Source of the DNA: Acidimicrobiales bacterium
GTDB lineage: Bacteria > Actinomycetota > Acidimicrobiia > Acidimicrobiales > Aldehydirespiratoraceae
DNA length: 64,000 nucleotides
Assembly: GCA_963662455.3 (NCBI GenBank)
Contig: OZ224042.1
Span: 1,727,234 to 1,791,233 of the forward strand
Reading direction: 5' to 3'
Numbering within the stretch: position 1 is the first letter of the stretch; every line of letters starts with the position of its first letter. The notes beneath the pieces were generated by a model. That model was given only the letters and a program-made list of their open reading frames with translations, searched no databases and was not told the origin of the DNA. Position numbers and translations under genes: made by a program. This document shows positions 56,404 to 64,000 of the stretch, in pieces.

Positions 56404-56889
56404 TCAGTTCATGCAGTGCTCCAATAGCACCGACAACGTCTCGCATTGCGATTCATCAAGCGCCTTGAAAAACGAGTTGTAAACCTCAATCATCGCTTGG
56501 GTCGTCTCTACTACCAGCTCTTCGCCCTGCGCTGTGAGAGTGATTCGGCGCGAGCGGAGATCGCGCGCGTCGGGAATCCGTGTCAGATGTCCCTCATTGT
56601 GCAGACGATTGACACGATGCGAGATCGTGCCGGGGATTGCTTGCAGAGTTTGAGCGATCTCGGTGATGCTGGTACCGTGAACTCCGAATCTTTGGATCAC
56701 CACCAGCGTACGATAATCGTCACGACTAGTGATTCCTTGGTATAGGAATCGATTCAAGACTTGTTGCTGGCGCAAAGCGAACGCCTCGGACACGAATTCC
56801 ATTTGGACACCGACACGAACCCGTGGGTCGGTTATATCGGCGCTGAGTGTCTCCCAGTCGATCCCCTTCTGTTCGTTCATTCCGCTCAT
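56404..56889 (-). CDS. MarR-family transcriptional regulator (paralog of 26420..26884)
   Basis: ITEIAQTLQAIPGTISHRVNRLHNEGHLTRIPDARDLRS. GGAGG lies 5 nt upstream of the ATG at 56889. Confidence 0.85.
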   Translation of the reverse strand: MSGMNEQKGIDWETLSADITDPRVRVGVQMEFVSEAFALRQQQVLNRFLYQGITSRDDYRTLVVIQRFGVHGTSITEIAQTLQAIPGTISHRVNRLHNEGHLTRIPDARDLRSRRITLTAQGEELVVETTQAMIEVYNSFFKALDESQCETLSVLLEHCMN

Positions 56890-57028
56890 AAAACCTCCAC
56901 GAGGATCGTACGTCAAGACGAAAGTTAGACATGAATCACTTGACGACTGCATTGTTGTTTGTGCGAATTATCTACTATAACCCATCAGTTATAGCCCATT
57001 TTCACCCAACCAACCGTCCAAGCAACAC

Positions 57029-57250
57029 TTGACACTCATACTGCTCACGCTCGCAGCCGTGGCCGTCCTGGTTGCCGGATGCGCTTCAGAGGACGAGGGA
57101 CTCTACGAAGAGACCTACGACTCGTACTTCGGATCGTTTTAAGCGAGTACGAACCAGCCGACTCGCTCGCCGACCTGGCCGCTCAGTCCGAAGTCGTAAC
57201 GAAGGCCACGCTCGTGGACGTTGAGGAAGGGCGACTGTACACAGAAGCTG
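57029..57250 (+). pseudogene. Frameshifted and truncated lipoprotein paralog
   Basis: TTG..LTLAAVAVLVAGCASEDEGLYEETYDSYFGSF-stop (57140). The homology continues in another frame (SEYEPADSLADLAAQSEVVTKATLVDVEEGRLY). It ends at repeat copy C. Confidence 0.6.
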
Positions 57251-57380
57251 AGCGGATTGATCCCGCACACGGTCGCGACCCAGCGAGGCCGCGGCCCGAG
57301 CGGCCCGTACACGCAGTACACAAGAGCGGGAGACAACAGGTCTCAGCGCATTCACGATGTTCAATCCATGCACGTTCTAG
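57250..57380. repeat. Intergenic repeat family, copy C
   Basis: GAGCGGATTGATCCCGCACACGGTCGCGAC...GGCCGCGGCCCGAGCGGCCCGT...AGCGGGAGACAACAGGTCTC...TCAATCCaTGCACGTTCTAG. Lies between the lipoprotein remnant and the guaB stop. Confidence 0.7.
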
Positions 57381-57417
57381 ACGCCAAACGAGCGGACTGC
57401 GGGGCTGGGTGGGCGGC

Positions 57418-58866
57418 TCAGTCGTCGCGGAGCACATCTATGTCGTGGGGGTGACTCTCGCGCAGACCGGCACCGGTGATCCGCACGAGGCGGGTGCGAT
57501 GCTGCAGGTCGGCGAGGTCAGCAGCGCCTGCGTAGCCCATACCGGAACGCAGGCCACCGGTCAACTGACCAACCAACTCAGCGAGCGGCCCGGCGTAGCG
57601 CACGCGGGCCTCCACTCCCTCGGCCACATGCTTGCCTGCGGCCTGCCCGGTTCCGTAACGGTCGCCGGCACGCCCGCGCATGGCCCCGGCAGAACCCATG
57701 CCGCGGTACGTCTTCCACATGGCGCCATCGACCAGTTCAAGCTCCCCCGGCGCCTCGTCCACCCCGGCCAGCAGGTTGCCGAGCATCACCGCGTCGGCAC
57801 CGGCGACAAAGGCCTTGACGATGTCGCCGGACGCCACGACCCCACCATCGGCGATCAGTGGAACCGAGCGCTCACGGGCAACCTGAGCGCAGTCATGAAT
57901 AGCAGTCATCTGCGGCATTCCGGCGCCGGAGACGACCCGAGTGGTGCAGATGCTGCCCGCTCCGACTCCGACCTTGACTACATCGGCACCGGCATCCGCC
58001 AATACTTCCACGCCCTCGGCAGTGACCACGTTCCCGCCCACAACTACCACGTCCGGCCAGCCTGACTTGATTGTCGCTACCGCATTGACGACGCCCGCGG
58101 TGTGTCCATGGGCAGTGTCGACGACCAGCATGTCGACACCGGCAGCAACCAGAGCCTCGGCCCTTTCGTTGGTGTCATTGACCCCGATCGCCGCGGCCAC
58201 CCTGAGCCGCCCGGCGTCGTCGAGGGCGCTGTCGGGATACTCGATTCGCTTGGCGATGTCCTTAACGGTGATCAAGCCTGCGAGGACCCCGTCGTCGTCG
58301 ACCAATGGGAGTTTCTCGATCCGGTGACGGTGCAGTACAGCCACCGCTTCTTCGAGATCGGTTCCGACGGGGGCAGTGACCAGCGGTTCGGCTGTCATGA
58401 AGTCGGTCACTGGTTTCGAGTACTCGTCCGCGGTGCAGAAACGCACGTCCCGGTTGGTCAGGATGCCGACCAAACGCCCGCCCGGTTCGCATATCGGCAC
58501 TCCGCTGATCTTGTGGCTCGCCATCAACTCCTCGGCGTCGTTGAGCGTGGCATCGGGAGAGAGGCTGATAGGCGAGCCGATCATTCCGGCCTGGGCCAGT
58601 TTCACCCGTTCGACCTGGTGGGCCTGCTCCTCGACAGTGAGGTTCCGGTGCAGCACACCGATCCCACCTGCTCGTGCAATGGCGACAGCAAGGGGCGCTT
58701 CAGTGACCGTGTCCATGGCCGCGGACATCAGCGGCGCTCGCAGTTCGATTCCCGCGAGCATGGTGGTCAAGTCCACGTCAGCGGGAAGCACTTCACTCCA
58801 ACCAGGCACGATCAGCAGATCGTCGAAGGTGAGGGCTTCGTGACCAGCGAACACCTCGTCGTTCAT
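57418..58866 (-). CDS. guaB: IMP dehydrogenase
   Basis: 482 aa. An internal CBS pair, catalytic-loop [13 protein letters not shown], and C-terminal GLRESHPHD. Confidence 0.95.
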   Translation of the reverse strand: MNDEVFAGHEALTFDDLLIVPGWSEVLPADVDLTTMLAGIELRAPLMSAAMDTVTEAPLAVAIARAGGIGVLHRNLTVEEQAHQVERVKLAQAGMIGSPISLSPDATLNDAEELMASHKISGVPICEPGGRLVGILTNRDVRFCTADEYSKPVTDFMTAEPLVTAPVGTDLEEAVAVLHRHRIEKLPLVDDDGVLAGLITVKDIAKRIEYPDSALDDAGRLRVAAAIGVNDTNERAEALVAAGVDMLVVDTAHGHTAGVVNAVATIKSGWPDVVVVGGNVVTAEGVEVLADAGADVVKVGVGAGSICTTRVVSGAGMPQMTAIHDCAQVARERSVPLIADGGVVASGDIVKAFVAGADAVMLGNLLAGVDEAPGELELVDGAMWKTYRGMGSAGAMRGRAGDRYGTGQAAGKHVAEGVEARVRYAGPLAELVGQLTGGLRSGMGYAGAADLADLQHRTRLVRITGAGLRESHPHDIDVLRDD

Positions 58867-58956
58867 CGTTCAACAATAGACGCCCAGCACGCCGAAACGC
58901 ACTTTAACCACCAGTGCTGAACGACGGAAGTCCTCAGCATCGGCAATACTGCTCCA

Positions 58957-60276
58957 GTGGATGGGATCATCGGGAAGAGAACGACCACCCAAACCCTCGT
59001 GCGAATCCTTCAGCACACGATCCTCGTAGTCGTTCTAGCAGCCTTGTCGGCCTGTGGAGACGACAGCTCCAGCAGTTCACCAACCACCAGCGACGACTCG
59101 CTCGGGACCGTGACCGTGGCTCCCGGGGACGCTGTACAGATTCGCTCGCTCAATTCCATTACTGGCGATGTTGCTTACCTGGGTATTTCTAATCAGCGGG
59201 GTGTCGAGTTGGCGATCACTGACTTCGGCCAGGTTCACGGCTTTGATGTGAACCTGGGCGCGGGACTCGACGAGTTCTGCTCCAGTGACGGCGGGCAGGC
59301 CGCGGCTCAAACCATCGTCGCGGACCAGGACGTGGTCGGTGTGATCGGCACAACCTGTTCCGCTGCGGCTACCGCAGCAGCACCGTTGATCACCAGCGCG
59401 GGGATTGCGATGATCGCCCCGTCGAACACTTCCCCGTTGCTCACCTCAGACCTGGCAGGCAATCCCGGTCCCAACTACAACCCCGGCTACTACCGCACCT
59501 CGAACAACGGCCTGCACGTGGGCGAGGCGATGGCTCGTATGGTCTACGAACAGCTCGGGTTGACGACGGCTGCCGCTATGCATGACGGCGATCCTTACAC
59601 TCAGTCGATAGCCAAAGCCTTCGCTGAGAGCTACGAGGGTCTCGGCGGATCGATCACAGCTCTCAGCGCCATAAACAAAGACGACACCGACATGGTGTCG
59701 ATCCTCATTGAGATCGCTTCGGGAAACCCCCAAGCACTGTTCTTCCCCATATTTCAGCCTGCCGGAGACTTGGTCGCCGACCAGGCGCCAAGAGTATCGG
59801 GTCTCGAGAACGTGACATTGCTAACCGACGCGGCGCTGCTCATTGACGGTTTCATGTCTTTGCCACAGTCAGAAGGGGTTTATATATCAGGTCCGGACAC
59901 GAGGTTCGGCAGCAAACCCAACCAAAGCACAGGCAAAACAGCCACCGAGATCCTTGCGGTTTATCACGACACTTACGGAGAAGCACCCAGTGGCGCCTAC
60001 TGGGCTCATGCATACGACGCCACCACTCTGCTCCTCGAAGCTGTCGTCGCAGCCTCAGAAGTCGTCGACGGCGCCCTGGTGATCGACCGAGCAGCCATTC
60101 GGACCCATCTCAACGCTGTGAATGGCTATCAAGGCGTGATCGGCTCAATCGAGTGCGATGATTTCGGAGACTGCGGTGTCCAAGAAATCACTGTCATCCA
60201 CCACCTGGACCGTAACGATATTGAGGCCAGCAAGGACAACGTCGTGTTTGAGTTCTCGGCCCAGAGCTCGGGTTGA
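58957..60276 (+). CDS. ABC transporter substrate-binding lipoprotein (branched-chain amino acid/LivJ-like)
   Basis: Lipobox LSAC followed by a Ser/Thr linker. The overall pattern resembles type-I periplasmic binding proteins (VVGVIGTTCSAAA...). GTG start. Confidence 0.7.
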   Translation: MDGIIGKRTTTQTLVRILQHTILVVVLAALSACGDDSSSSSPTTSDDSLGTVTVAPGDAVQIRSLNSITGDVAYLGISNQRGVELAITDFGQVHGFDVNLGAGLDEFCSSDGGQAAAQTIVADQDVVGVIGTTCSAAATAAAPLITSAGIAMIAPSNTSPLLTSDLAGNPGPNYNPGYYRTSNNGLHVGEAMARMVYEQLGLTTAAAMHDGDPYTQSIAKAFAESYEGLGGSITALSAINKDDTDMVSILIEIASGNPQALFFPIFQPAGDLVADQAPRVSGLENVTLLTDAALLIDGFMSLPQSEGVYISGPDTRFGSKPNQSTGKTATEILAVYHDTYGEAPSGAYWAHAYDATTLLLEAVVAASEVVDGALVIDRAAIRTHLNAVNGYQGVIGSIECDDFGDCGVQEITVIHHLDRNDIEASKDNVVFEFSAQSSG

Positions 60277-60292
60277 CTCCCCAGGGTTCGGG

Positions 60293-61516
60293 TCAACTCG
60301 CTGATGGTGTGTCGGCTACGGCGTCGCTGATGGCGTCGAGGATGGTGTCGACCTCGCCTGAGGAGACGACGAGAGGCGGGCATATACCCAGCGCAGTGCC
60401 CATGGGGCGGACGATCACCCCGCGTTCCAGCAGGCCGTTCCAGACGGCCATCGTGTCGTAGCCGAGTTCGGCCGCCCACACTGCCCCGATCCCACGGCAG
60501 CTCTCGATGGTGCCGTCGTCGGCAAGGGCTTTCAGACCCGTTTCCAGCTGAGCGCCGATATCGGTCGCCCTTGCCAAGAGGCCTTCGCTGTCGATCAGAT
60601 CGATGTTGGCGACAGCCGCCGCGCACGACGCCGGATGACCCGAATAGGTGTACCCGGTGCGCAGAATGAAGTCTGGGTCCTCCATCTCGGCGCACAACTC
60701 ACGAGACACGATCACGCCCGACAACGGCTGATAGCCCGAGGTCACCCCCTTGGCGAAAGTCATCATGTCGGGGACGACCCCGAACCGCTGCGCGCCGAAC
60801 CACTCGCCAGTCCGCCCGAATCCGCAGATGACCTCATCGAATATCAGCAGCGAACCGTGGAGGTCGCAGAGTCTCCGAAGCGCCGGCAGATACCCCTCGG
60901 GAGGTGGCCACACCCCTCCGGCGCCCTGCACGGGCTCGGTGATCACCGCGGCGATGCGCTCTTTATGGTCCGAGAACACCCGAGCCACCGCCTCGATGTC
61001 GTCTCGGGGCACCTCCACAAAATGGGGGACCAGGTCGCCCCATCCCTCTCGGTTCAAAGCGATGCCCTGAGCGCTCGTGCCTCCCATATTGGTTCCGTGA
61101 TACCCGCCCTCACGGCGGATTATCACCTGACGGTCGGCGTCGCCTCGGCGCTGCATCGTCAGGCGTGCCAATTTGAGGGCGGTGTCCACGGCGTCGGATC
61201 CACCGAGTCCGAAGAAGACGCGGCCATCGGGATGTGGTGAGCGCACCCTGACCGATTCTGCTGCGGCATCAGCGGCCGGGTTCGTGAACGGGTTGAAGGT
61301 GTTGTAGCACTCGAGCTCGCCCATCTGGGCGACTACGGCATCAATGATCTCGCGGCGTCCGTGACCTGCCTGGCACAACCAGAGGTTGGCGAGACCGTCG
61401 ATGTAGGACTTGCCGTTGCTGTCAAAGACACGCGCCCCCTCGCCGCGCACGATCGAGATGTAGTCCCCTGCGGCCTTGGCCGGTGAGGCAAACGGGTGGA
61501 GCAGTGCTGGAGTCAT
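60293..61516 (-). CDS. Class-III (omega) PLP-dependent aminotransferase
   Basis: GGSDAVDTALK...FDEVICGFGRTGEWF...TFAKGVTSGY (the PLP lysine is in FAKG). GGGGA lies 5 nt upstream of the ATG. Confidence 0.9.
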   Translation of the reverse strand: MTPALLHPFASPAKAAGDYISIVRGEGARVFDSNGKSYIDGLANLWLCQAGHGRREIIDAVVAQMGELECYNTFNPFTNPAADAAAESVRVRSPHPDGRVFFGLGGSDAVDTALKLARLTMQRRGDADRQVIIRREGGYHGTNMGGTSAQGIALNREGWGDLVPHFVEVPRDDIEAVARVFSDHKERIAAVITEPVQGAGGVWPPPEGYLPALRRLCDLHGSLLIFDEVICGFGRTGEWFGAQRFGVVPDMMTFAKGVTSGYQPLSGVIVSRELCAEMEDPDFILRTGYTYSGHPASCAAAVANIDLIDSEGLLARATDIGAQLETGLKALADDGTIESCRGIGAVWAAELGYDTMAVWNGLLERGVIVRPMGTALGICPPLVVSSGEVDTILDAISDAVADTPSAS

Positions 61517-61534
61517 TCGGTTCCCCTATCGGCT

Positions 61535-61684
61535 GGGCGGGCGGGACGGCGGGCGGGCGGGACGGCGGGTTGTTGGGCGGGACGGCGGGTTGTTGGGCGG
61601 GACGGCGGGCGGGCGGGACGGCGGGTTGTTGGGCGGGACGGCGGGCGGGCGGGCGGGCGGGACGGCGGGTTGTTGGGACGGCGG
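61535..61684. repeat. G-rich compound tandem repeat (core GGGCGGGACGGCGGG with TTGTT or C spacers)
   Basis: More than 25 GGG runs in 150 nt on the + strand. It lies between the EamA stop (61721) and the aminotransferase start (61516), and ends 19 nt from that start codon. Confidence 0.9.
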
Positions 61685-61720
61685 TTTGGCGCTCGGCCAA
61701 AGATAACGCAAGCTCGCCGC

Positions 61721-62578
61721 TCATTGGGCGACGGCGAACAACAAGATTGAGGCGGTGGCCAACCCGGCGCCGACCCACTGCCAACGCCAGACCTTCTCGC
61801 CGAACACCCGCCAAGCCAGAGTGATCGTCACCACTGGTGCGAAACCGATGATCGCCGCGACCACCGCTACATTGCCCCGTTGATACGCGATCACGCTGCC
61901 GATGATGGCGCCCGCATCAACAAATCCGACCAGCAGACCGAAACGGAGAACATCGGCCCGCAGAGGCGCCATGGGCCTGAACGTTCTGGCAACAAGCGGG
62001 ATCAATAGCACTGCGCCAGCTTGAACTATGAAGGCCGGCATGGCGCCGGCGTCCGGATCGATCTGACCGAAACACAGGCTGGTGGCGCCGATCAGGGCAC
62101 CCGTGACCACCCCCAGGCCCAACGCCGGGCTATGGCGGACGGAGTCGATGGACGGAAACTTGCCCTCGGCTACGACCAGCACCACCGCCGGAACAGCCAC
62201 CAGCACTCCCAGCAGTTCCAAACCGGCTAGAGCCTGACCCGTCAAGGGTCCGACAAGTGCCGGCACGACCAGTCCGACCACCCCGATGACCGGTGCGAAA
62301 ATCGACATCGGCCCCCGCTCCATGCCCAGGTACAGCAGCGGGCGCGCCAACGAGAAGAACAAGATCGCTGCAAGCGTCCAGAGCAGGTCGTCGACGCTGA
62401 CTGCTTTCGGCTGAAAGATCAGCACATAGACGCCGGCCACGATTCCGCCGACGAGCGAAGCCACCCAGGCAATCGCTATCGCCGCACCCGTGTGGCCCGT
62501 TCGACGTCCGCCGACACCCGCGAAGAAGTCACCGAAACCCAACAGAGCCGATGCCATACCGGCGAGCAGAACAGACAA
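61721..62578 (-). CDS. DMT-superfamily (EamA-like) transporter
   Basis: 285 aa with about 10 hydrophobic segments and an internal two-fold repeat typical of DMT transporters. Confidence 0.75.
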   Translation of the reverse strand: MSVLLAGMASALLGFGDFFAGVGGRRTGHTGAAIAIAWVASLVGGIVAGVYVLIFQPKAVSVDDLLWTLAAILFFSLARPLLYLGMERGPMSIFAPVIGVVGLVVPALVGPLTGQALAGLELLGVLVAVPAVVLVVAEGKFPSIDSVRHSPALGLGVVTGALIGATSLCFGQIDPDAGAMPAFIVQAGAVLLIPLVARTFRPMAPLRADVLRFGLLVGFVDAGAIIGSVIAYQRGNVAVVAAIIGFAPVVTITLAWRVFGEKVWRWQWVGAGLATASILLFAVAQ

Positions 62579-62587
62579 GCTCTCAGC

Positions 62588-62848
62588 CTAGGTCTCCTGA
62601 CAGGTGCGGGCAGGTCGGTGTCTTACCGCTGACGTGGCAGAGACGGTTATCAGTGTGCCGGAGCCGGGTTCGCCCTCGACGATCGCTGTGCCGTCGGCGA
62701 TCAGGCTGAACCCGTCGGGGGCAGCAGGCCACAACACGCAGACATTGGGGCGGGCGATCGCATTGGCGGCCGCGCTCCGTCCCACAACGGCGGAGATGGT
62801 GCCGTCGTGGGCGACATCGACCGCTACATGAAGGCTTGGTGCGGTCAC
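62588..62848 (-). CDS. Hypothetical small protein (possibly a truncated split-barrel remnant)
   Basis: 86-aa ORF with a GTG start. An in-frame stop lies 87 nt upstream. Weak resemblance to the C-terminal half of PPOX-like FMN-binding barrels. Confidence 0.3.
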   Translation of the reverse strand: MTAPSLHVAVDVAHDGTISAVVGRSAAANAIARPNVCVLWPAAPDGFSLIADGTAIVEGEPGSGTLITVSATSAVRHRPARTCQET

Positions 62849-62959
62849 CCCACCAAGCAGGACAGAGGTAGTGCAGGTCCGCTGGAGATCCGTCCTGTTC
62901 GCGAGTCCGTTGTTTACACTCGTGACTGAGTTCTCAAGTCAACCGATCGGAAGATACCT

Positions 62960-63610
62960 ATGGTCGTCGTAGGGAATGAGGAGGTCCTAACCAAGATCGA
63001 TTACATCGCGGCAGCGAGGGCACTACCGCCCTCGCTCAAGAAAAAGTGTGAATCGCTGCGTCCGATCTCGTACGAGTCACCCGCATTAGCCGACGACAAC
63101 CTGCAGGAGGTCCTCGAAACCTACGTCAATGGTCTGTCGTACGCCTTGCCGCCCGGTGTGCTCTACCGGGCCTCGTCTCTCCAGACGTTTCAGGATCACT
63201 GCGTAGTCCCAGCATGGGACTCGACTGCGATAGACCACTTGACGTTCGCCCAGACGGTCGCCACTTCAGCGAACCCTTCGTCCTTCCTCCACGGAGTAAT
63301 GAGGAAAGACGCCGTGTTCCCCGCGATCCACTCGTGGCTGGTGCATCCAGTCACCGCGATCGAGAAGTTGTCTGGCAGGGAACTCGCGGATGTTCTGAAG
63401 ATCCAACAAGATCCACCGTTCGCGCTGGCTCGGATTTCACGAGCGGGTGCAGCGTCTTTCGGTGTTGAGGTTCGAGTTCCAACAGCCGCCGATGCCGTGC
63501 TTGGCAATCACATGCGCGATTGGAACGCGGCTGGAATTCCGGCAGGTCAGGAGTACCTGGATCGAGATGTACCCGGAGCCGCGGTGGAGGCAGTCCTGTG
63601 GGTCCGGTAA
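62960..63610 (+). CDS. Hypothetical protein
   Basis: 216-aa ORF with somewhat lower GC. No motif recognised. Confidence 0.5.
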   Translation: MVVVGNEEVLTKIDYIAAARALPPSLKKKCESLRPISYESPALADDNLQEVLETYVNGLSYALPPGVLYRASSLQTFQDHCVVPAWDSTAIDHLTFAQTVATSANPSSFLHGVMRKDAVFPAIHSWLVHPVTAIEKLSGRELADVLKIQQDPPFALARISRAGAASFGVEVRVPTAADAVLGNHMRDWNAAGIPAGQEYLDRDVPGAAVEAVLWVR

Positions 63611-64000
63611 CTTCTTTCGACTCAGCCTCTCGGCCCGCTCTAGTCCACCACGTCCTCGGGCGGATTCTGGCAGCGCGAACTTGGGAGGGGGATGCGACAA
63701 CGGACCTCGCCCAACAACTCATCGACTCCATCAAACCCACTGATGCCGCAGAGCTTGGTGGAGCTGTCGGGTCCGCTATCGCACCGCTGCGCGGCTCAAT
63801 CGAAAACTTGAAGCAAGCGATGGTGGTTATTGAGGCACTCGACCTTTACGAGGCAATGCCCTTCATCGTGGAACACCTGGAGGGAGGGCGACCCCCGGTA
63901 AGGGAGCCCGCGCTACTAGCGGCAAGATATGCAGCTCACCCCGGGTCCTTGCCGGGATTGCAAGCGCTCATCCAAGCGGGACTCCCGTATGCGGGCTTGA
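63598..64000 (+). CDS. Hypothetical protein, 5' partial view (runs off the window)
   Basis: A frame that stays open to the window end (…DLAQQLIDSIKPTDAAELGGAV…LDLYEAMPFIVEHLEGG…). A candidate GTG at 63598 overlaps the preceding stop by 13 nt. The start is not established. Confidence 0.3.
   Translation, partial: MGPVTSFDSASRPALVHHVLGRILAARTWEGDATTDLAQQLIDSIKPTDAAELGGAVGSAIAPLRGSIENLKQAMVVIEALDLYEAMPFIVEHLEGGRPPVREPALLAARYAAHPGSLPGLQALIQAGLPYAGL

Noticed and set aside
57079-58065. 328-aa + strand ORF
   Set aside because: It is a chimera. It starts in the frameshifted lipoprotein remnant, crosses repeat copy C, and then runs antisense to guaB.
61422-61814. Pro-rich ORFs (61-130 aa, both strands) across the G-rich repeat
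   Set aside because: They are translation artefacts of the GGGCGGG repeat. They are not in frame with the aminotransferase and have no start-site support.

Overview
High-GC (roughly 65%) Actinobacteria-like chromosomal segment with about 55 protein-coding genes. I recognised no rRNA, tRNA, CRISPR array, transposase or integrase. Layout: (1) 0.2-10.2 kb is an accessory island with a visibly lower-GC patch. It holds an ATGA-coupled three-gene cassette (TIGR04255-like plus two unknowns), a PD-(D/E)xK-fold protein, a DUF4143-type AAA ATPase, RelE/Phd and VapBC pairs, and a 1202-aa SNF2 helicase with an endonuclease-like C-terminus. (2) 10.4-25 kb holds an orphan LuxR-type response regulator, a Thr-rich membrane-anchored Calx-beta-like protein, a MaoC dehydratase, an orphan SPPY DNA methyltransferase, a YqeC-like protein, a second VapBC pair, leuA preceded by a Leu-codon leader peptide and hairpin, PAC2, and a form-II-type coxSLM-like molybdenum hydroxylase. 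(3) 25.7-32 kb is a patchwork of duplicated 3' gene fragments (alpha/beta hydrolase, SDR, guaB), paralogous MarR-lipoprotein divergons, and a secreted protein carrying a G14 tract. (4) 32.5-43.6 kb holds lipid-type metabolism genes, a thioredoxin-fold gene split by an in-frame TGA exactly at the redox Cys position (candidate selenoprotein), a four-gene ABC-2 operon, and two translationally coupled Rieske-fusion enzymes. (5) 43.8-52.1 kb is one roughly 2750-aa secreted S8 protease fused to about 15 Calx-beta-like modules, with a near-identical 1.82-kb internal tandem duplication. (6) 52.5-64 kb holds a MacB-type ABC exporter, MarR, guaB, a solute-binding protein, a class-III aminotransferase preceded by a G-rich tandem repeat, a DMT transporter and unknown genes. 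A roughly 110-240 nt repeat family occurs at three gene-3' intergenic sites. The strongest leads are the selenoprotein candidate, the Rieske-fusion pair, the island cassette, the fragment patchwork and the giant repeat protein. All functional calls come from motif recognition by eye. No database search was run.
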